Positions 30,571-40,400 of a stretch of 64,000 nt of DNA are shown one piece after another. The translations under genes and the position numbers were made by a program. Source of the DNA: a virus (taxonomy: Duplodnaviria > Caudoviricetes); IMG/VR virus record IMGVR_UViG_3300021426_000068, positions 68,808 through 132,807 of that record. One strand, given 5' to 3'. The notes under the pieces were generated by a model. That model did not search any database. It worked only from the letters and a program-made list of their open reading frames with translations, and had not been told where the DNA came from. Each line of letters opens with the position of its first letter. Position 1 is the stretch's first letter.

Positions 30571-32397
30571 TTAATCATTTAACCAATTATTAAATTTATT
30601 TAATTTTTCGAATAACGGATTTTTATTTTCAATTTTGTTAGATTCCACATATTGTTGTAATTTTTCACTACTATCACTAATAAAAGCACCAGGGGTTGAC
30701 GGTGAGCTTACCACATCCCAACAGACGATTTCAAAATCATCTGCAACATAAAGTACTCCCATTTTTTGTGTAACAGTTCCTAAACCACGTGAAGAAACAC
30801 CGATTTTTATATTATTAAGTAAAAGATGGGCTACTTGGTCTCCTTGACAAGATATAATACCATTTTTTCTAAATCCTTCTGATACTAAAACTTCAAGTTT
30901 ACCAACAAGTGTATGTCCTTCCCAATGAAGTTCAATAATATTTATAGCAACTCGTGATAAGTCAATTACTGACTCACTAGGATGGTTACAGTTTTTAGTC
31001 CAGTGACATTTACCATTATCCATAACATACCAAACATGATTGTCAACTTCAACACACATAACATCTCCATCATAATCAATTTCAGAAACTTTTAAAAATC
31101 TTTTATCGGTATATATTCCTTTTGTTAAAGACCTATATGTGAAATACATTGGTGAAGAGTTTTCACCTTTTATAATTCTCCCCTCAATTAATCTATCATT
31201 ATCTCTTTTCTCTTCTAATAAATTTCCAGAATAACCGATTTTTAATTGTATTTCATTTAAATCAAGAGTAAGTTGTTTTGAAGTGGAAAAAACATCATCT
31301 GATAAATATTTATTAACTCTTTTATCACCACGTACTCTACCATCACCCATAACAAACCAATCATAAAAAGTTTTAAGTATTTCCTTCGATTGTTGTTTTA
31401 ATTCAAATGGAACAAATTTGTTATAACATAAACCAAATTGAGAAACATATTTACATAATCTCATGTCATTAATAACAAATGTTTTACAACCACTTTTAGT
31501 TTTGTTAATAGTAAATTTTATTCCCCATTCTTCAAGCATTTTTTCTATTTCAACACATATGTCTTCTTTTTTCTGATGTATATTTATTTTATTACCTTTA
31601 CTTGTTTCTTTAGAATGCGAACCTTCTGATAAATAAATTCCCATAAATTTAGCAAAAATATTCATAGGAATAACTAAATCAGTAAGATATTTTTCTTTTA
31701 AATCATGTCTTATATTTTTTCCAAGTTCTTCTTCTTTCATTTTTGGTATAACCATATACTCATCATTTCTACCTTCCCATTCACCTGTTTTTGGAATATA
31801 TAAGTGTGAAAGATTATCACTTTTCATTATTTCTTGTGCAGTAACAAACTTCTTAAATTTATTATTTCTATCATATAAAGGATAACCATGTTCAGGTGTT
31901 ACAACATCATCAATGTTTCTTCCCTTAATATTAATCATTTTATCATTTCTATGATACTTAATAATATTTTTAATAGGTTTAATTTCAATTTTATTTGTTT
32001 CAGTATTTAAAGTTAGAATATTTTCACCTTCAGAAACTTCATACAAATGTTTCCATCCAGATTCTGTCAATATCATTGCTTCTGGTCTATAACATTCCCC
32101 TATTGCCATTCTATCTCTAATCATCTGTTGATATTTTTCAACTTCTCTTTTGAGAACATGTTCTGGATAAATTCTGCCATTTGCATTTTCAATACCATAT
32201 TTTTGAAACACAGCATTTACAATAAAAGGATAAGGGCAATGCCATTCACCATCCTCTAAACCTTCATTCATTTTTCTATATGATTCAAACAGTTTCTTAT
32301 TATCACCAACTTCAGAAGATATATATCCATCTGATTCAATTAATAAACCAGTACCTGTTTGTCCTTTTTTAATTTCAACTAAATTACTTTTATCCAT
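30571..32397 (-). CDS. Prohead core protease (T4 gp21-like) containing an intein
   Basis: NANGRIYP, GE|C-NHP, GVSSRGLG, WDVVSSPSTPGA; 240 aa after splicing. Confidence 0.93.
   Translation of the reverse strand: MDKSNLVEIKKGQTGTGLLIESDGYISSEVGDNKKLFESYRKMNEGLEDGEWHCPYPFIVNAVFQKYGIENANGRIYPEHVLKREVEKYQQMIRDRMAIGECYRPEAMILTESGWKHLYEVSEGENILTLNTETNKIEIKPIKNIIKYHRNDKMINIKGRNIDDVVTPEHGYPLYDRNNKFKKFVTAQEIMKSDNLSHLYIPKTGEWEGRNDEYMVIPKMKEEELGKNIRHDLKEKYLTDLVIPMNIFAKFMGIYLSEGSHSKETSKGNKINIHQKKEDICVEIEKMLEEWGIKFTINKTKSGCKTFVINDMRLCKYVSQFGLCYNKFVPFELKQQSKEILKTFYDWFVMGDGRVRGDKRVNKYLSDDVFSTSKQLTLDLNEIQLKIGYSGNLLEEKRDNDRLIEGRIIKGENSSPMYFTYRSLTKGIYTDKRFLKVSEIDYDGDVMCVEVDNHVWYVMDNGKCHWTKNCNHPSESVIDLSRVAINIIELHWEGHTLVGKLEVLVSEGFRKNGIISCQGDQVAHLLLNNIKIGVSSRGLGTVTQKMGVLYVADDFEIVCWDVVSSPSTPGAFISDSSEKLQQYVESNKIENKNPLFEKLNKFNNWLND
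30991..32094 (-). mobile_element. Intein with LAGLIDADG homing endonuclease (368 aa)
   Basis: Starts CYRPEAMILTESGW; block B VTPEH; FMGIYLSEGS and FVMGDG; ends VMCVEV..H.W...HWTKN followed by Cys+1. Confidence 0.9.
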
Positions 32398-32399
32398 GA

Positions 32400-32846
32400 T
32401 TAATTTTCATTTATAAATTTTCCCATTAATCTTTTATAACTTTCTAAAACGATTTGTTTTAAATCATTTTCTGATAATTTAATGGTAGATTCATTATATT
32501 TTTCAAGATTGTTAATATCAATCTTGTTAGATTTTCTACTATAATCAGTTTTTGCTTTATGAATTTTTTTACCTGGTCTAAAACCATCACCATAGATTTC
32601 TTTTTCAGCATCTCTATTACCCTTTCTGACAGCATTTAATGCGTTTTTTGGTGATTTATGTTTTTTATTACCATGTTCTTCATTAACAGATTCAGTTAAA
32701 ATACCAGCTTCGTTCATCATATTATATATTTTTCTAATATATGGATAGACTTTTCTAACCATTCCTCTTAATTCTGGATAAGTTTCATCCAAATCAGTAT
32801 CAAATCTAAGTGCGTCCATTGTACTTAAAAATTCTTCTACATTCAT
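32400..32846 (-). CDS. Tagged hypothetical protein
   Basis: C-terminal IKLSENDLKQIVLESYKRLM tag; basic central module. Confidence 0.65.
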   Translation of the reverse strand: MNVEEFLSTMDALRFDTDLDETYPELRGMVRKVYPYIRKIYNMMNEAGILTESVNEEHGNKKHKSPKNALNAVRKGNRDAEKEIYGDGFRPGKKIHKAKTDYSRKSNKIDINNLEKYNESTIKLSENDLKQIVLESYKRLMGKFINEN

Positions 32847-32869
32847 AACAATAAAAATTTTTCTTAAAT

Positions 32870-33145
32870 TTATTTATTTAAAATACGTTTAATACTTTCT
32901 ACAACCATTTTTCTTAAGTCATTTTCTGTTATTTTAACACATTCATTATAATAACCTTTTAATGGGTGAAAATTATTTGATTTTTCTTCAACATTTCTAT
33001 TTAATTTTTCAGCATAATTAAATGCATAATCCATATTATTTGTTACCTTAACAATTTGGTCTTTATCATAACCACCATCTATAAATTCTGATTCTGGTAA
33101 AACATTGTATATTTCACCATCGTCAACAACATACCATTTTTCCAT
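32870..33145 (-). CDS. Tagged hypothetical protein
   Basis: C-terminal VKITENDLRKMVVESIKRILNK; late motif at 33163-33173. Confidence 0.65.
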   Translation of the reverse strand: MEKWYVVDDGEIYNVLPESEFIDGGYDKDQIVKVTNNMDYAFNYAEKLNRNVEEKSNNFHPLKGYYNECVKITENDLRKMVVESIKRILNK

Positions 33146-33181
33146 AATATTGAATATTTTTATATAAATAGTTTTTATTAA

Positions 33182-34366
33182 TTAAAGTTCTTCTGGATGA
33201 ATATATTCATCAGTTATAATATCTTTATCAGTATTAAGTTTTGACATTTTATCAGAAAATTTATTATATTCTTTTTCGTGTTTTGCTTTTTCAATAAGTT
33301 TTGAAATTAATCTTTTACCTGTTGCTGTTTTAGCTAAAACTTCTGACATTATTTTATTGAAATTTTTACAAGAAAGAGAAGACAATATTTTATATAGATA
33401 AGGAACGGTTTTAAAATCAATTCCTTCAAAATTTTCACTAAATATTGTCCATAATGATGGTCCAATACGCATATCCCAAGGTTCTGCTTTTAGATAGTCT
33501 GATTTACTTAAAACAATATCTAATAAATTTTTGTCTTTTGGTAAACCATGCGAAGCAAAAAGTTCCATAAATCCACGAACACATTCAGATAATAAAACAG
33601 GAAATATTTCACCTTGTGCTATTATTTTAACTTTTTCATCCTCATTACCCAAGATTACTTCAACAGTACCAATTTGCATTTTATTATCTTCAGACATACC
33701 AAGATTTTCTCTTGTAAGTAAAAGATAATTATTTAACGCAATTATTTTTCTATATAAATCAGATAACTTTGGATTAATGTCATATATTTCTGATAAATAC
33801 GATTTAATATTAGAAGAAACTTGTATTCCTGCTCCCATTGAAAGAACGTTTAACATTCTTCGTTTATTAACTTCAGATTTTATAGTTTCAATTTGTTCTA
33901 AATTATCATATTCAAAATCATTTTCATCTTGAACAGGGTCAAGTTTAATTATTTGTGTATCTAAATCAACATCATCAACCAATCTAAAATCAATTGTTAC
34001 GGTATCATCTGGTATATCAAATAAATCAACTAAATAATTATAACATAATTTTTCCAATTCATTTCTGTATGGTTTTTCAAGTTCTTGACACTTCAAAATA
34101 AGTTTATTTAAAACAGTAGGAATATCATTATCAGGAACATCATTTATTTCACCAATTTTTTTGAGTTCTTCGACTACTTCTTTAAATCTTTTATTTAATA
34201 CTTTTTCAAGATAACTGTCTTCAAAAACATTAGGTATGGCAGGATTATTTCTTAAAGATGTATTTCCTTTATAAATTGCATTAGTAATATCTTCTGGAAG
34301 TTTATCTAAAAGAATATTTTCTGTTAATACTTTTTTTTGTTCTTCTGTTATATAAATTGTTTTCAT
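33182..34366 (-). CDS. Tagged hypothetical head-associated protein
   Basis: Start MKTIYITEEQKKVLTE; late motif at 34387-34397. Confidence 0.7.
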   Translation of the reverse strand: MKTIYITEEQKKVLTENILLDKLPEDITNAIYKGNTSLRNNPAIPNVFEDSYLEKVLNKRFKEVVEELKKIGEINDVPDNDIPTVLNKLILKCQELEKPYRNELEKLCYNYLVDLFDIPDDTVTIDFRLVDDVDLDTQIIKLDPVQDENDFEYDNLEQIETIKSEVNKRRMLNVLSMGAGIQVSSNIKSYLSEIYDINPKLSDLYRKIIALNNYLLLTRENLGMSEDNKMQIGTVEVILGNEDEKVKIIAQGEIFPVLLSECVRGFMELFASHGLPKDKNLLDIVLSKSDYLKAEPWDMRIGPSLWTIFSENFEGIDFKTVPYLYKILSSLSCKNFNKIMSEVLAKTATGKRLISKLIEKAKHEKEYNKFSDKMSKLNTDKDIITDEYIHPEEL

Positions 34367-34410
34367 TATTTACATAGTTAGATATTAATAAATAGTTTTG
34401 TCTAAAATAA

Positions 34411-34440
34411 AAAAATCAGTAAGTCTGACTTACTGATTTT
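34411..34440. terminator. Intrinsic terminator
   Basis: AAAATCAGTAAGTC-t-GACTTACTGATTTT. Confidence 0.75.
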
Positions 34441-34448
34441 AATTTAAT

Positions 34449-35147
34449 TTAATTTAATTCCATTTCAAAATCAATTGCATTTGGGTCATCGTCACGTTCA
34501 CCATTAATTCGTTGTATAAATTCCTGTTTCTTATTTTCATCAGAATTATAAACAGTATTTACTATGTGTTGCATAGTATTCCAATGGTTAGATAAATCTT
34601 GTAATGCTTCATCACCAAATGTTTTTCTATATGCTTCGAAAACCTCAAACATGTTCATGTTTTTAAGTTTTTCTATAAGATTAATTTCTTCACCAAATGC
34701 TTCTCTAAGTTCTTTTTTGGTTAAAATATGACCATTTTTTCTCATTTCATTAAGACGAGCCAATTCAACTTGTTTTTTTGAATAGGATTTCCCTTCCCCA
34801 AGATTACCATTTAAAATATCTTCACTATTTCCCTGTACATTTAATTTGTTTATATCAACACCATTATTAACAGCATTGTTTACTGCACTGGTAACAGCAT
34901 CACGAAGATTTGGTTTTGTTGTATCAACATTAATAACTGTTTCATCTTTATCACTTGTATTATTGTTAATACTTTTACCGTCCATTTTAATTGTATTTGG
35001 TTTTAATCCGCTACGAACAGCATCATTATACTTTTCTTGTGCATTATTACCCATTTCTTGTGCATTTGAGCCAGTAAAAGTAACATTTGTTTTTTGACTG
35101 TCCATAACTTCATTAAGTTGTGAACGTGTAATAATAATTTTTTTCAT
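34449..35147 (-). CDS. Tagged hypothetical protein
   Basis: Start MKKIIITRSQLNEVM; internal ILTKKELREAF. Confidence 0.65.
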   Translation of the reverse strand: MKKIIITRSQLNEVMDSQKTNVTFTGSNAQEMGNNAQEKYNDAVRSGLKPNTIKMDGKSINNNTSDKDETVINVDTTKPNLRDAVTSAVNNAVNNGVDINKLNVQGNSEDILNGNLGEGKSYSKKQVELARLNEMRKNGHILTKKELREAFGEEINLIEKLKNMNMFEVFEAYRKTFGDEALQDLSNHWNTMQHIVNTVYNSDENKKQEFIQRINGERDDDPNAIDFEMELN

Positions 35148-35149
35148 TA

Positions 35150-35674
35150 TTAATTAAGTTTTGGATTACTGAAAGGTGAATTATTATTTTTTGTTTTTTT
35201 CTTTTTCTCTAAAGTATTAGTTTTCTTTTCTTCTTCTGAATCAGTTATATTAAAACTTTCATTTATTTTATCAAGTTGTTTTTTAGTGAAAACTACTGAT
35301 TCCATTTGTGGTGTTGGTTCTTCCATATCTGGTTCTTCACTTTCTTCACCAATTCCAGCATCACTATCATCAAGAATAGAATCTAACATACCTTCTACCC
35401 ATTTTTGTAAATCTGCTTTATCTTGTCCCTGATAGTTTCTGAAATCAGCGCATGCTTTTCCAATATTTTTTTGAATTTCTTTTCTTGAACGGTCAATATT
35501 TCCTGCATCTTCATTTCCCATATTCATATCCATGTTCATGTCAACATCATTATCCATATCAGAATTATTCATATCTGGTACTTGTTCATCACCATTCATT
35601 GTATTATCTAAATTATCCTGTGGCATTTGTGGTGCTGAATTTATGTCAGGAGAAACAACAGAAGCATCACCCAT
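35150..35674 (-). CDS. Acidic protein; probably the -1 frameshift extension of the upstream gene
   Basis: Frame is open back to the A9 run at 35761-35769. Confidence 0.6.
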   Translation of the reverse strand: MGDASVVSPDINSAPQMPQDNLDNTMNGDEQVPDMNNSDMDNDVDMNMDMNMGNEDAGNIDRSRKEIQKNIGKACADFRNYQGQDKADLQKWVEGMLDSILDDSDAGIGEESEEPDMEEPTPQMESVVFTKKQLDKINESFNITDSEEEKKTNTLEKKKKTKNNNSPFSNPKLN

Positions 35675-35751
35675 AGAGTTATCTGTAGGTGGTGCTTGTG
35701 TGTTCTTTTTTGGTATTTTTATTACTTTTTTTTCAGATAAAGTAGATTCAG

Positions 35752-37416
35752 TTACTCCGCTTTTTTTTTATTATCTAAAGTAACACCGTGTTTTAATTGG
35801 TACATAACATCCTTAGTGACATTATTCACTAATTGATTGAAAGGTGAACTGTCACCAATTTGTTTACCAAATGGTTCTTCTGAGTGAACACTTTCATCAT
35901 TCCAGTCTTCACCATGTTCGTTTTTATCTTCACCTGTTGGTGGAAGTTCAATAGGTTTCTTTCTATAACCAGGGTGTTTACCAAATACATGAAGTTCATC
36001 TTCATTAATATTACCTTTTAATGATTTAACAACAGACTCAACAATTGAATTCATGAAGTTTCTTTTACTTTCATACATATCATCGTTTAAATCTTCGTCC
36101 TCGTCATAAGACTCTAAACCTTCGTCAAAGTCAGTATCTTCTGTGTCAAAATCACTTTCATCTGATAAAGTATCATCACCTAAATCAGATGTTTCGTCAC
36201 CACCTTCAATATCATTAAGAAGTCCTTGCAATCTTTCAATTTCACTTCTAAGATATTCTGGGTCAGTTTCGTCACCTAAATCAACGTCTTCATCACCTTC
36301 GTATGATAATGTGTCATCGTCTAAATCAATGTCTTCGTTATCTTCTAAATCAGTATCCACATCTATGTCAATATCTTCTTCACCTTCAACTGAATCATCA
36401 TCCAAATCAACGTCTTTATCACCATCTACTGAGTCAGTATCAGAATCAACATCAGTATCAATATCGTCATCGAAATCAAAATCATCATCAGAATCAGAGT
36501 TAACGTCTTCGTCACCTTCAACATCAACGTCTAAATTGTCTTCAGAACTTTCATTAACGGTTTTATTAAATGGGTCGTTATTGTGGTCAGTATCTGCTTC
36601 ACCAATACCAGCTGATGCAGGAAGTCCTTTATCCCATTCTTTTTCGCCTTCTTCATTTACTGATTTATTAAATGGGTCATTGTTGTGGCCAGTATCTGCT
36701 TTACCATCAGCGGTTGAACCAAAACCTTTAAGTCCTGCATCAAAATCAGTATCACATGAACCACCTTCACATGATTCATTCATATCTTTTCCTTTTCCTG
36801 GATTTTCTTTAAATGGTTCTGCTTTTTTATCAAGACCAACATGACTTCCTTTATAATCAGGTTGTGCTTTTGCTTCTTTACTACCTTCTGGTTTATCACC
36901 TTTAGCACCTGTTTCAGCTTCAGGTTGAGAAGTTGTACATGCTTTACCACCTTTAACAGCATAATCAGTTGATTCATTCATAATCATACTTGCATTATAC
37001 ATAATCTGACGTTGACGAGCAATTTCTGCTTTCATTTTATCAGTTGCTTCAGCAAGCACAATTTCTTTCTTGAATGGGTCAAGAGTTGTTACATCAACTT
37101 TAGCATCATGTGCTTCGTTGATAGAAGAAAGTTTAAGTTCAAGATGCTTAAGTGCATTTGCATAACTATCATATCTGTAGTTATTTTTATTCATATAACC
37201 ACCGATATAATCATAACCTTCTGCAAGTTTTTCTTTACCATCAGCAGCTTGTTTAATATAGAAATGATTACATTCTTTTACAATACCATATGTTTTACCA
37301 TCTGCTGCTTTTGCGGAATATTCCAATGTGCTGTTACTCTGTTTCTTATTTTCATTTACTGTTCCATAAGTATAGAGTGCTTTCATACGAGCAATTGAAT
37401 CTTCAAAATTATTCAT
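35752..37416 (-). CDS. Acidic prohead core/scaffold-like protein
   Basis: Asp/Glu-rich, internal repeats ADT.HNNDPFNK.VNE, ends KKKAE on an A9 run. Confidence 0.7.
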   Translation of the reverse strand: MNNFEDSIARMKALYTYGTVNENKKQSNSTLEYSAKAADGKTYGIVKECNHFYIKQAADGKEKLAEGYDYIGGYMNKNNYRYDSYANALKHLELKLSSINEAHDAKVDVTTLDPFKKEIVLAEATDKMKAEIARQRQIMYNASMIMNESTDYAVKGGKACTTSQPEAETGAKGDKPEGSKEAKAQPDYKGSHVGLDKKAEPFKENPGKGKDMNESCEGGSCDTDFDAGLKGFGSTADGKADTGHNNDPFNKSVNEEGEKEWDKGLPASAGIGEADTDHNNDPFNKTVNESSEDNLDVDVEGDEDVNSDSDDDFDFDDDIDTDVDSDTDSVDGDKDVDLDDDSVEGEEDIDIDVDTDLEDNEDIDLDDDTLSYEGDEDVDLGDETDPEYLRSEIERLQGLLNDIEGGDETSDLGDDTLSDESDFDTEDTDFDEGLESYDEDEDLNDDMYESKRNFMNSIVESVVKSLKGNINEDELHVFGKHPGYRKKPIELPPTGEDKNEHGEDWNDESVHSEEPFGKQIGDSSPFNQLVNNVTKDVMYQLKHGVTLDNKKKAE

Positions 37417-37481
37417 TGTGTTATGTTTTTTATTTTGTTATTTTCATTTATTTTCTTATAAATATTTTCAAAAATTAAAAA

Positions 37482-40400
37482 CTACAACATACTATTTAAT
37501 TTATCATATGTTTTTGTCTTTAAATTATACAATTTATCTAAAAATTTATTTCTGCGAAGACACTTGAATATAACATTCTCATTGTTAACTTCTTTTCCAC
37601 CACTTTTTTCAAAACCAATTTTTCTACTATTTTTTATTTCATCCCAAAGTGCATTTGCTTTTTCATAAACTTTGTTAAGTTTATATTCATCATTTTTAGA
37701 TTTTTTGTAAAGATAAACCAATTTATCAATTTTATCCGTATATTCAGATACTTTATCTTTAATATAAGATTTATTAACTTTTGAAGTTGCTAAAACATCT
37801 CTATCAGGTTCTCTTAACCATTTATCTCTATCAAGCGAATAGACACCTGAAGAATCGTGTTTTTCATTAATATCTTGAACATAGACTTCAATTGGAAAAC
37901 CAAATATTTTTAAATCTTTATGCTCATTATTCCAAGCAGTTTTTTGCGCCATAAAATATTGTTTTACAAATTCAACGTTTTCATCAACATCAGAATAATC
38001 TAATAAAACATGTAAATCAATGTCAGAATATTTTTCATTCCAATTGTAGTTTGCTAAAGAACCTGTCATAATAATATCCTTAACAATATTAGGGTCAATA
38101 CCTAAATATTCGATAAAATCATCAGAGATATCAAGAAGTTTTAATCTAATTCTGGAATCAAGATGTTCATCAACCCAAAATTTAGGATTAAGTTTTTTCT
38201 TAATACTAAATGAAGATAAATCAACTTCTTCAGGTGCAATTTCAACTTCAATGTTTTCATTAACACTTTTACCAAAATATTTTGTATCATATAATTTTAT
38301 TGCAGAAGGAGGGATATTACCTGTGTAGCAAATAGAGCCTTTTAGTGCTAAATCTTTAGTTGGGTCTAAATAAAAACAATTTTTGTCAAGTTGTTTTGTA
38401 TCTATTTCATATATATCCATTGTATCTAAATAAAAATTATCCGACCATGTTGTTGGTTTAGTACTTAAAAAAACTAAATATTCAAGTTCGTCATCATCTG
38501 GTATTTCTCCATTTGGACCTTCATAACTCCACCAGTCACGATACTCATCACCGACTGAAGCATAAATACCATTTTTTAATATACTTTCACGATTTTTTTT
38601 ATACGAAGCATGATAAAGTACAGGTGGAACAATTTTTAAACGTTTTAATGGTTCTAACTTTTCATTATCACCGTTCCATTTATCTTCAACTTCAATATTT
38701 TCATTGATTTCTTTTGGTTTGATATAAGGAAATGCCTCTTCTGCATTAACACCAAGTAGTTCGCTAAGTTGTTTTTCATTAAGAAAATCACCATCTAAAC
38801 AATTAGGAATATTATATCTTGAATAACAACTTGAAATTCCCCAATTACTTACTAACACAACAAATCTACTCAATCCATATAAATCATATGGTGTGCCACC
38901 ATGTTTATAACTTCCAAGTTCAGAATCATCCATATATTCTATTGAATCAAAAATTTCATCCCATTTTTCTTTGTTCTGTTCATAATCAATATCAAATTTC
39001 TCAATCATTTGTTCGTTCTGAACAAGATAAACGGTTTCTTCAGATATAATTTCATCCCAAGTGGATTCATCATGTGAAATGCACCATTCGCCATCACATA
39101 GTAAATCCATTTCTTCAAATGAATCAACATGTGTGATAGTGTAACCATTTCCTACTTTTCTTGTTTTTTCTACATAATTTATTTTAGGTGACAATGAAAC
39201 ATCAAGATTAGTAAAATTAATTAACTCTTCTATTGATAAGTTATTTAAATTGTTATCTAAATGTTGTCCAATATTGTACCAATTATGGTTTATTGTATAT
39301 AATACTTTGTTAAGTATAGTATATTCATTTCTTGGTATTTTATCTTCAAAAAGTAATCTAAATACACCAAGTAAATATCTTCCAGAAAAGATTCGTGCAT
39401 AAGGAATAACCTTATATACTTCCATAACTTTATTTCTTATATCCTGAAAATTAGTTAAACCAAATTTTTGTTTAATATAATTGTTTATTTTTCTATCATT
39501 AGAATTTTCGTTTAACTTATTTTCATTAACACTATTAGAAATATAATCACAAGAATGTTTTCCACCTTCAATAAAAGCAGAAGATAAATCACCTCTTTGG
39601 TGAACAACGTCAAGACACCTATTAATTAAAATTAATATTTCACCTGCTTCCATATTAGGATTATATAAGTTGATAATATCAAATAAAGGTTTAAGTCCAT
39701 AATCACTCCATGCATCAGAACCATCAGGAAGCACACACCAATCGTAAAAACCAATGGAATCTAAATATTCACATCCATCACCATAGCCTTCAATATCTAC
39801 ACCAAAATAATCACTAACATCTTCTGAAGGAAAATATCCAGAATGTCCAGCAAAATCAGTAATATTATTAATATCTATTGCATTAGGAACAATTATATTA
39901 AGAAACCAATTATTAACAACATTATATGGTATTCTAGCCATTATAGGTGACTCCATATAACGTTTTAACAATGTATGATATTGTTGTGCTGGAATTAGAT
40001 TCCATTGTTTTTGCTTAATTCCATGTTTTTTATCAAGACTAAAATCATTTAATAATTCAAAATGTGTTCTTTCTTCAAAAACATCTTCTAAATCTTCAAT
40101 TGATTCATTTAATTTATTTTCTTTTAAAGTAAATGGCATTGTACCAAAATATTTACCACAATCTTTACAGATGTAAACAGGTTCACCATGAATTTGTAAG
40201 ACTACTTTTCCACCACATTTATCACATTTTTCAGGTACAATTTCTCCTTTATCATTTTTGATAACTTTCTTTCTACCTTCAAACATACCTTTAAGTTGAT
40301 TAGAGTATATTGAATAAATTTTTTGTCGTGGAATTTCGTTTCTTTGATAATTAAAATCATTCATATTGGTAAAGAAATGCATTTTTTCTCCCCAATCTGG

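Larger units (their letters stand above)
29783..30601. repeat. 27-bp direct repeat (29783-29809 and 30575-30601) flanking a two-gene cassette
   Basis: TCATTTAACCAATTATTAAATTTATTT occurs twice; the second copy is the 3' end of the protease gene. Confidence 0.8.

Noticed and set aside
36143-36844. 233-aa Ser-rich plus-strand ORF and similar short antisense ORFs in the track
   Set aside because: Shadow frames of acidic or long genes on the opposite strand; no independent signals.
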